DNA of 20,476 nt from Myxococcota bacterium (GTDB taxonomy: Bacteria; Myxococcota_A; UBA796; GCA-2862545): NCBI GenBank assembly GCA_039208735.1, contig JBCCQY010000171.1:1-20476 (forward strand), given 5' to 3'. A program made the translations under genes and the position numbers. Under the pieces are notes generated by a model that saw only the letters and a program-made list of their open reading frames with translations, was not told where the DNA came from and ran no database searches. Each line of letters starts with the position of its first letter. Positions within the stretch are counted from its first letter, which is position 1. This document shows, one piece after another, positions 8,485-15,251 of the stretch.

Positions 8485-10184
8485 GGTGGTCCCTTGCCAT
8501 TGCCAGGCTGCGCCGTACCCACGTCGGGGAATGGCCGGCTCGTGTCCGGGGGCTCGCCCGCCGCTTCCTCGATCGCGTACAAATGCCCGTGCCCCCTCGG
8601 CCCGGCCCCTTGGCTCCTCTGCCGCTCCCGACCATCCCCAAGGCGGACGTCACGTTCGACGTGCCTTCGCCCTGCCCCCTCGCGCGCATGCGCGCCAACC
8701 CCGACCGGCCGGCCTGTGAGGGCCCCGAGGCGGGTTCGGCGCACGACGTCGATGTGCTGGATCTTCCTTTCGATCCTCGGGTCCGGTGGGAGGCCGCACG
8801 GCTCCAGGATCTGGCTTGGTGGGCGGCCCAAGGTGCACCATGGGCCTCCGATGAGGCGCTCACCTTTGTCGCGCGCCATCCGGTAGGCCAAGGACTGCAT
8901 TGGACCAGTGCTCTCGAGGTCGCCCTGCGCCTCATTTCGCTCGCCGTCCTCGCTCATCACCAACCCTCAGACGCGTTGGCTCGTACCATCGCCGCCCATG
9001 CGGCCTACGTCGCAAGGCATCCCTCGGTGGGAACCTCGGCTCGCAACCATCGCGTGGGCGAGCTGGTCGGGCTGGCCGTCGCCGCAACGGTGCTGCCAGA
9101 TTGCCAAGATGCACCCGCCTGGATGGCCGAAGCAGAAACCCTCGGCGCAGTGCTGCGGGACCAGCTGCACGCCGATGGCTTGGGCGTTGAACAGAGCACA
9201 CACTACCTGTGCTTCATCCTCGAATTGGGCTGGATCGCGTGGCATTGCGACGTCCCCTCACTCGCAGGGCCGCTGGGTCGTGGACTTCGGGCGCTGAGGT
9301 GCCTGCAAGATGCCACCGGCGAAGCGCTGGCCCTGGGCGATGCGGATGGGGGACGAGCCTGGCCGCACTCCCCGTTCGATCCTACCCCTTACGCCGATCA
9401 AGTCGTGCAACGGCTGACGTCGGTCCTTGGACCGTCGCCTGCTCCGAAGGGCCATCACCGGTTCCCAAGGGCCGGGCTCACCGTCCTGCGGGACCAAGGC
9501 TGCGTAGTGGCGTTTGACCATGGACCGGTCGGCGAACCCCACCTCGGCGGCCATGGTCACGACGATCAGCTGGCCCTCTGGCTGCACCTGACCGACGGCC
9601 CCGCCATCGGTGGCCGAGGAACCGGGTCCTACCATGACCATGCCGTGCGCGCGTTCCATCGCAGTGCGTGGGCCCACGCCACCTTGACCGCCCTCAATCG
9701 CACGCCGAGCCTCCCGCACGCCCATCCCTTCTTGTGGCGTCGCCGAGCCCAGGCCCGACTCGAACAGGTCGACCTCGAAGCAGGGCGCGTGTTGGCCAGC
9801 CACGATGGCTACGCGGAGCAAGGGCTTCGCTTGGCAAGGGAAGTCCGATTGGTAAGTGTGACCTTGCTGATCGACGATCAGGTGCATGGACACGGACCGG
9901 TCGAACTCACCTGGATGTGGCCGCTCCACCCTCGACTCTCCGCGCGAATCGAGGGGCTGGGGATTGTGGTCCACGACGGCGAACGGGACCGCCTCACCAT
10001 CGATCCACCGCCAGGGTTCACGATCGAGTTGCTCCGAGAAGGCAATCGGCCCGGTCCTGGCTGGCATGCCACCGGCTATGGCCGTTGGGTGCCCGCCACC
10101 ACCCTACGGATCTCGGGGTCCACGATGGCCCCTGGCCGCTTCTTGACGCGCATTGGCGTCCTCGATCCGCGGCACCGGTGGTAG
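8481..10184 (+). CDS. Heparinase II/III-like protein (polysaccharide lyase fold)
   Basis: ATGA overlap with the glycosyltransferase stop. 'DPRVRWEAARLQ', 'HWTSALEVALRLIS', 'NHRVGE', 'DGLGVEQSTHY', 'GHGHDDQL', 'AHATL', 'ASHDGY'. 567 aa. Confidence 0.85.
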   Translation: MRWSLAIARLRRTHVGEWPARVRGLARRFLDRVQMPVPPRPGPLAPLPLPTIPKADVTFDVPSPCPLARMRANPDRPACEGPEAGSAHDVDVLDLPFDPRVRWEAARLQDLAWWAAQGAPWASDEALTFVARHPVGQGLHWTSALEVALRLISLAVLAHHQPSDALARTIAAHAAYVARHPSVGTSARNHRVGELVGLAVAATVLPDCQDAPAWMAEAETLGAVLRDQLHADGLGVEQSTHYLCFILELGWIAWHCDVPSLAGPLGRGLRALRCLQDATGEALALGDADGGRAWPHSPFDPTPYADQVVQRLTSVLGPSPAPKGHHRFPRAGLTVLRDQGCVVAFDHGPVGEPHLGGHGHDDQLALWLHLTDGPAIGGRGTGSYHDHAVRAFHRSAWAHATLTALNRTPSLPHAHPFLWRRRAQARLEQVDLEAGRVLASHDGYAEQGLRLAREVRLVSVTLLIDDQVHGHGPVELTWMWPLHPRLSARIEGLGIVVHDGERDRLTIDPPPGFTIELLREGNRPGPGWHATGYGRWVPATTLRISGSTMAPGRFLTRIGVLDPRHRW

Positions 10185-10209
10185 ACGATCGGCACGCCTG
10201 GAGGATGCC

Positions 10210-10674
10210 ATGAACCGTCGCCACTTCTGTGCGGGCTGTGCCGCGATGTCGGCTTGCGCCCCCGTCGACCCCGTATGGCTGACCGACGACGACTCAGGGT
10301 CTCCCAACCCGGCGACCCCCACCGAACCCGGCGCCTGTGATGACCCCGCTCCGACGGGCCCCGAACGCCTGGCGTTGTCGCTTTCGGACTACCCAGAACT
10401 CGCGAAGCGCGGAGGCTTCGTCGGCATTGCCACCTCGGTGGGTGAAGTCATCGTGGCTCGGGTCGAGACCGACTGCGTCATCGCCATGCGGCGAGCTTGC
10501 ACCCACGAGGGAGTGCCCATCAACTACATTCCCGGCCGAGAGCAGTTCGTATGCCCGCGTCACGCGGCGGTGTACGATTGGAATGGCGAGAAGGTGTCAG
10601 GTCCGCAGCCGAGGGGGCTGCCCACGTACCCCGCGGGCATCGACGGCGACACGGTCTACGTCGACGTCAGCTGA
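10210..10674 (+). CDS. Rieske [2Fe-2S] protein with a Tat (lipo)protein signal
   Basis: GGAGG RBS. MNRRHF twin-arginine motif followed by 'MSAC', a Pro-rich linker, and Rieske boxes CTHEG and CPRH. Confidence 0.9.
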   Translation: MNRRHFCAGCAAMSACAPVDPVWLTDDDSGSPNPATPTEPGACDDPAPTGPERLALSLSDYPELAKRGGFVGIATSVGEVIVARVETDCVIAMRRACTHEGVPINYIPGREQFVCPRHAAVYDWNGEKVSGPQPRGLPTYPAGIDGDTVYVDVS

Positions 10675-12217
10675 CCTCCTCCACGAACAGGGCCGCCTTG
10701 CCGTAGCGCGCCAGACGCTTGGGTACGGTGGCTTCCAGCCATGCCGCGACCTCGCCCGCATCGTCGATGGGGGGGCCGCCCTCGGGCATCGGCACCCGCC
10801 CCTCGAGAAGATCTGCGTAGGCCTCACGGACCAAATCGGTCACGAGCCGGGTGCCATCCGCCCGGCGTAGCAGCAGCTGATCGAGCGTGTCGACGGGCAG
10901 CGAACGATGGTGCGCATTGGGGACTCGGCCCCACGCAGCGGCAACGCGTGCGACGGGATCGACCTGCGGCCGCCTTCCTACGGCCGTCGGACCGCCCACC
11001 GGACCCGCCGACAGGTCGACAAGTTCATGGTGGAACGCCACCAACAAGTGTCGGGCGAGCGTGCGTTGAAGGTCCGGCGTGTCCCCGACCTCATCACGTA
11101 CCCGAGCTTCGAGGTCGGCGAACGGAATCGCCCGCACGCCTTCATCGATCAGGTTGTGAAGGGCGGACCGAAGAATCGGCTGGGCGGTGCGCAACCCGTC
11201 TCCCGAGCGGTTGCGAAATGCCTCTGTGCCGTCCTGGCCCACCAACCCCTCCGCTTCCACAAGGCCGCGTACATGGAGGTCGGTGACACGCGGCCAATCC
11301 GCCTTGGTGCGAGGCACTTCGGCCCGCATGAACAGACTGCGCCGGAAATTCCTACACAATACGAAGTCGAGGTACTGTTCTAGGGTGACGGGGTCGTCGC
11401 CGAGTCGGGCCAGGGTCTCGCGAAGCGCCTTCGGGAGTCTCGCGAGCGACATCGCGGGCAAGTCCGCATCCCCCAGGTAGCCAAGCCCGTGGGCGCGAGC
11501 CTGTGCCACCACGGTGGTCAGCAACGCCGGATGGTTGTGAGGCGCCAGAAGATCGTGAAACAGCCAGCCGTCAGGCTGTTCATCGATGAGATCGGCTTCT
11601 TTGCGAATCCAAGCCCCATAGGGGTCCGATTCCGGCACAACGTCGGCCAGCCAGTCCACCAGGCCTCGAGCCTGATCGATGCGGGCATCCGCGGGGGCAT
11701 CGGGATCGGCGTGAAACCGCATCATCTGGCCCACCATCCCTCGCAGATGCCAGCCGGGCAATGCGTTGTAGCTTACGTAGGCTACGCCGTGGTCTGCGAG
11801 CCATCGCCCCACCAGGGCGAACAACTGCGTTTGAAGGTCCTCGGGCACCCACGAATACAGACCGTGGGCGATGATGTAGTCGTAGCGTTCCGGCAAATCG
11901 GGAGCCGCCAACGCCTCATCGGCCTGGGCCAGGTCCACCTCGATGAGATCGAGGGTTGCGCCCAGTGCTTGCGCCCGTTCTCGTGCGATGGCCAAGGGCG
12001 TCGCCGCCCGGTCGATTCCCACGCAACGCGCGTTCGGAAGCCGTGCCGCAAGGGGAAGCAAATGATCGGCCGTGCCACAGCCAAGTTCCAGGATTCGCGC
12101 CGTGGCGACGGGGGCCGGCGTCGCACCATGCAGGTGAGCGGCCACAAACAGCCGGCTCGGGTGCGCCAGCGGCACGCACTGTCCAGGGTAGGCGACGTCG
12201 TCGTAGGGGTCGGTCAT
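10667..12217 (-). CDS. Class I SAM-dependent methyltransferase with a predicted methyltransferase regulatory domain
   Basis: 'YDDVAYP', 'RILELGCG', 'YDYIIAHGLYSWV', 'GVAYVSYNALPGW', 'LFHDLL' and 'EQYLDFVLCRNFRRSL' match this architecture. 516 aa. Confidence 0.88.
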   Translation of the reverse strand: MTDPYDDVAYPGQCVPLAHPSRLFVAAHLHGATPAPVATARILELGCGTADHLLPLAARLPNARCVGIDRAATPLAIARERAQALGATLDLIEVDLAQADEALAAPDLPERYDYIIAHGLYSWVPEDLQTQLFALVGRWLADHGVAYVSYNALPGWHLRGMVGQMMRFHADPDAPADARIDQARGLVDWLADVVPESDPYGAWIRKEADLIDEQPDGWLFHDLLAPHNHPALLTTVVAQARAHGLGYLGDADLPAMSLARLPKALRETLARLGDDPVTLEQYLDFVLCRNFRRSLFMRAEVPRTKADWPRVTDLHVRGLVEAEGLVGQDGTEAFRNRSGDGLRTAQPILRSALHNLIDEGVRAIPFADLEARVRDEVGDTPDLQRTLARHLLVAFHHELVDLSAGPVGGPTAVGRRPQVDPVARVAAAWGRVPNAHHRSLPVDTLDQLLLRRADGTRLVTDLVREAYADLLEGRVPMPEGGPPIDDAGEVAAWLEATVPKRLARYGKAALFVEEVS

Positions 12218-12255
12218 ACTGCGTTACGGAGCCGCCTGGGCGCTCGGAGGGATGT

Positions 12256-12903
12256 GTGTGGTTCGTGCTGACCTGGCTGGCCTGCGATGGGGCCCCCGAC
12301 GAAGCCGTGGATCCGTGTCGGCCAGGGTTCTCGCTCGGTCCTGACGGGCATTGCTACCCACCTCCACCCCGGTATCCCGACCCGACCGTCGAGGATGCCC
12401 TACTCAACTTGCCAGATTGCGTAGAACGTGCGCCTGGCGAGCTTCTCGACCTCGGGACGGGTTGCGTCGGGGAGCGGTGCGTTGAAGACCGATTCGATGC
12501 CTTTGTCTCGACCTTCGGGCCCACCGAGTGCACCCCGATCGACCCCTTGGGCGAACAGTACGAGTGCGACTTTGGAGACCGCCTGTCCGCGGTCTTCGTG
12601 GCCCCTGCCGGACGCCAGCTTCCTCGAGATGACGATCGCGCCGCCTACCTACGCGTACAATCGGGGTTCGAAGGCTCCGATCCGGGCGGACTTGGTGTCG
12701 ACATCGGGCCTCGCTGCTTCGTCGAGCAGCTCGGAGTTCCCGATCGGGTAGAGTTCCAGACCATCTCGGGTCAGCTGCGGGTCTCCGAACTGCGCTGGGA
12801 CGTCACCGGTCCCGAAGCGGCGGTGCTCGTTCGTGATGTCGTGCGGAACAACGGATCCGGTCCCGACGGGTTCGTCGACAACCTGTTCCTGTTGCCCCGT
12901 TAG
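12256..12903 (+). CDS. Cys-rich putative lipoprotein, function unknown
   Basis: GGAGG (12246-12250), a 5-nt spacer, then GTG. N-terminus MWFVLTWLAC carries an LAC lipobox. EGF-like 'CRPGFSLGPDGHC'. The stop overlaps the stop of the convergent TPR gene. Confidence 0.75.
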   Translation: MWFVLTWLACDGAPDEAVDPCRPGFSLGPDGHCYPPPPRYPDPTVEDALLNLPDCVERAPGELLDLGTGCVGERCVEDRFDAFVSTFGPTECTPIDPLGEQYECDFGDRLSAVFVAPAGRQLPRDDDRAAYLRVQSGFEGSDPGGLGVDIGPRCFVEQLGVPDRVEFQTISGQLRVSELRWDVTGPEAAVLVRDVVRNNGSGPDGFVDNLFLLPR

Positions 12904-13499
12904 TTTTCGCGGAGCCTGACCAAGTCGTCGTCGGCGGCCACACGCCGTTCGAGCTGCGCCAAGACTTCGGGTGGGAAGGTCTTCGTGACGCCCGCCCTCA
13001 CCTCGATGGCCTCTTCAATCCGGCCCAGTCGGATCATGGTCGAAAGAACATTTCCGATGTTCTCGGCCGTAGCCTCACGCTGCAGGGCCTGGGCGAACCA
13101 GTCGAGCGCCGTTTCGTAGTGCCCCAGCAGGTACGCCAGGACCCCTCGATGGCGGTCCGCGCTCGCAAGGTAGCGACGTCGAAGGTCGCCCTCAGCATCG
13201 AGCGCCACGAGTTCCTGTTGGCCCGCCAAGCGAGCCGCCTCGGGGTAGTCCCGCACCAACGGACTTGCGGCCAACACACCAAGGGCCGACAACATCATCA
13301 CCCGATCGATCCGACCGGCGGCATGAAGTTGATGGATCCGCTGGCGCAGCTCATCCGGGTCAGAGTCTGGATCCTCGATCGCGCGAACGATCGGTTCCAA
13401 GACCGCTGCCTGCGGACCTTCTGCGGCCGACAAGGGCACCAGGTACGGGCTCTGCCGTACGGTTTCGCGAATGCGATTGAGGATTCGTCGGACGTCCAA
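12900..13499 (-). CDS. TPR-like protein B (paralog of 14362-14973)
   Basis: TTG start with GGAGG 5 nt upstream. TPR pattern 'RGVLAYLLGHYETALDWFAQALQ...NVLSTMIRLGRIEEAIE'. Aligns end to end with TPR A. Confidence 0.85.
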   Translation of the reverse strand: MDVRRILNRIRETVRQSPYLVPLSAAEGPQAAVLEPIVRAIEDPDSDPDELRQRIHQLHAAGRIDRVMMLSALGVLAASPLVRDYPEAARLAGQQELVALDAEGDLRRRYLASADRHRGVLAYLLGHYETALDWFAQALQREATAENIGNVLSTMIRLGRIEEAIEVRAGVTKTFPPEVLAQLERRVAADDDLVRLREN

Positions 13500-13503
13500 C
13501 GTC

Positions 13504-13534
13504 GCCTCCGACCTCTGTAGTGAGGCCGAGAGGC
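13504..13534 (-). promoter_or_regulatory. RNA hairpin sequestering the Shine-Dalgarno sequence of TPR B
   Basis: The mRNA reads GCCUC-U-CGGCCUC [ACUACA] GAGGUCG-GAGGC: a 12-bp stem with one G-U pair and one bulge. The 3' arm contains GGAGG (13505-13509). Confidence 0.65.
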
Positions 13535-13540
13535 TCGTGG

Positions 13541-14176
13541 TTAACCCGATTCCTCGGTCACGACGCGACGCGCCGCCTGACTAAGCCAAACTTCGTGCCG
13601 CATCTGGGCATCTGCGGTGAGATCCGCCACGCGGTTGCGGATTCGTTGGACGCGCTGGGTCACGGCAGCTCGGGAGACCCCGGCCCTCCGGGCCAACTCG
13701 GCCTTCGATCCGGCTTGAAGCAATCGGATGAGGTAGGTCTGGTCTTCCTGGGACAGCGGCGAATCCGCGACCGGCTCCGAGCCGTGGTCGGGCGCCGGCA
13801 AGCGAGCCGTCCAATCCTCGGTCAGTTCCATCGCGTTGGCGGCCAGCAGGTTCCGTTCCCGATCCCGCTTGCGGATGGTTCGCCAGGCGGTGCGATCCGT
13901 GACCGTACGTACAAACCCAAGCAATTCAGGCACCGTGTTGCCTCGGAAGCTCGCGAGACTCCCCTGCAGCAGCTGCAGCAGGACTTCCGCGACGACTTCC
14001 TCACGCTCCGAGGGAGCGAGTGCCCCGCCACAGTGGCGAGACACAGCCGCAACCCGCTTCGCAGCGTATCGGGACAACAGGGTGAACAGCTCACGGGCTT
14101 CTGTTGACCGGCGATCGGCCAGCAGCAACCGGAGCTGCCTCCTCACATCAACGCCTTCCATGTCGCTCCAGTCCAT
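13541..14176 (-). CDS. ECF-like sigma-70 family sigma factor (divergent)
   Basis: Region-2-like 'EREEVVAEVLLQLL...SFRG...LLGFVRTVTDRTAWRTIRKRDR' and region-4-like HTH 'LSQEDQ...SKAELARRAGVSRAAVTQRVQRIRNRV'. 211 aa. Confidence 0.8.
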   Translation of the reverse strand: MDWSDMEGVDVRRQLRLLLADRRSTEARELFTLLSRYAAKRVAAVSRHCGGALAPSEREEVVAEVLLQLLQGSLASFRGNTVPELLGFVRTVTDRTAWRTIRKRDRERNLLAANAMELTEDWTARLPAPDHGSEPVADSPLSQEDQTYLIRLLQAGSKAELARRAGVSRAAVTQRVQRIRNRVADLTADAQMRHEVWLSQAARRVVTEESG

Positions 14177-14179
14177 GGC

Positions 14180-14365
14180 TCACAGCCCATTCGAGATGAA
14201 GCCGACGGTCTTGTCCTGGTGCATGGACGACGTCGCAGGAGTCACTGTGACAGTGGAGGCAACGTCCGGGCACTGATCGCCTAAGGCGATCGTTCCGTTG
14301 TTCTCACACGTTTGGAAACCAACCAGGGACAACAGCCAGGTCAGGAACATGATGAGAGTGCTCAT
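14180..14365 (-). CDS. 61-aa small secreted peptide (signal peptide, Cys20/Cys32, S/T-rich linker, C-terminal GFISNGL)
   Basis: GGAG RBS. ATGA overlap with the TPR A stop, and its own stop lies 3 nt before the sigma ATG, so it exactly fills the gap. Hydrophobic N-terminus MSTLIMFLTWLLSLVG. Confidence 0.8.
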   Translation of the reverse strand: MSTLIMFLTWLLSLVGFQTCENNGTIALGDQCPDVASTVTVTPATSSMHQDKTVGFISNGL

Positions 14366-14973
14366 GGGTGGTCTCCACTGCGAAGGAGGGCGAGGTCGGG
14401 GTCGTGATCGATGTTTCTGCGAATTTCTCGGATCAGGGCTGCGGGAAAGGCCTGTTCAACATCCCGTAGGAGGTCGTTGGCTTCGTCCTCCTCCCCAAGA
14501 CGCAACATGGTTGCGAGGATGTTCGTGAAGTTCTCGGGCGAACGTTCGCGTTCAAAAGCGCGTGCGAAGTAGTCCAGCGCCACATCGTAGTGGCCCTTAA
14601 GGAACGCAAGCACGCCGCGATGACGGTCGACGGAGGCCAAGTTGGCATCGAGGTCAGGACCCCCGAGTTCGAGGGCTGCAAGCTCTTGCTCACCAGCGAG
14701 CCGAGCTGCTTCCTCCCACTCTGCCACACCCGGATGGCAAGCGACCATATGCAATGCAGAAAGCATGAGCACACGGTTGATGTTTCCGGCTTGATACTCG
14801 GCATGGATGTAGGTGCGCACTTCGTCAGGGTCGAATCCCGGCGCGGCAAGCAGCGCGTCGAGTCGGGGCAACGCATGGTCCCCCTTCGATGCTTTCCGAT
14901 GGGCAGTCGGCGTGAAATACGCCTTTTTATCTACTGCATCGAGAATGCGATCGAGTAGCGTCTGGTAGTCCAT
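14362..14973 (-). CDS. TPR-like protein A (paralog of 12900-13499)
   Basis: Start MDYQ at 14973 chosen because it aligns with the TPR B N-terminus and has AGGTG upstream. 'RGVLAFLKGHYDVALDYFARAFE...ENFTNILATMLRLGEEDEA'. 203 aa. Confidence 0.85.
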   Translation of the reverse strand: MDYQTLLDRILDAVDKKAYFTPTAHRKASKGDHALPRLDALLAAPGFDPDEVRTYIHAEYQAGNINRVLMLSALHMVACHPGVAEWEEAARLAGEQELAALELGGPDLDANLASVDRHRGVLAFLKGHYDVALDYFARAFERERSPENFTNILATMLRLGEEDEANDLLRDVEQAFPAALIREIRRNIDHDPDLALLRSGDHP

Positions 14974-15202
14974 CAGCAACACACCTACGCAAGTCGTCAA
15001 GAAAGGTGGCGGGTCTGCAACGCTCGTTAACGAACTTACGCGAAAAAGAACGCCGGCTCGGTTTTGCCGGTCCGATAACCAGTTGCGAGCGTCCATCAGA
15101 CCTTCCGTCGTCAGGTCGAAAGCCCACGCGCAACCCCGTCAAGTTCCTTCACTCACCGTGAAGAGCGCCCTCCACAACAATGTTTGTGACAATTTTTGGT
15201 CC

Positions 15203-15231
15203 TTTACGGGTCCGGTTGGGCGTGGCACAAT
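15203..15231 (+). promoter_or_regulatory. Candidate sigma70 promoter for the ankyrin gene
   Basis: TTTACG (15203-15208), 17 nt, then CACAAT (15226-15231), with a TG extension at 15223-15224 and an AT-rich tract upstream. The ATG is 20 nt downstream. Confidence 0.5.
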
Positions 15232-15251
15232 GGGATGTTGGCGGGACACTC

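Noticed and set aside
13473..14150. Shared 'DVRR' at the N-termini of the sigma factor (VDVRRQL) and TPR-B (MDVRRIL)
   Set aside because: Only four or five residues match, the codons differ, and the motif is not conserved in TPR-A, so it is probably coincidence.
14180..14365. Small ORF as a RiPP precursor or canonical lipoprotein
   Set aside because: No modifying enzyme, peptidase or transporter lies in the operon, and FQT-C is not a canonical lipobox.
14974..15096. 41-aa N-terminal extension of TPR-A (ORF start 15096)
   Set aside because: Paralog TPR-B aligns from MDYQ at 14973, which has its own SD-like AGGTG. The extension runs through the palindrome-bearing intergenic DNA.
15141..15147. 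GGAACTT on the minus strand, resembling an ECF (sigmaE-type) -35 box upstream of the cassette
   Set aside because: There is no recognisable -10 element at 16-17 nt spacing, and this sigma factor's specificity is unknown, so a promoter cannot be supported.
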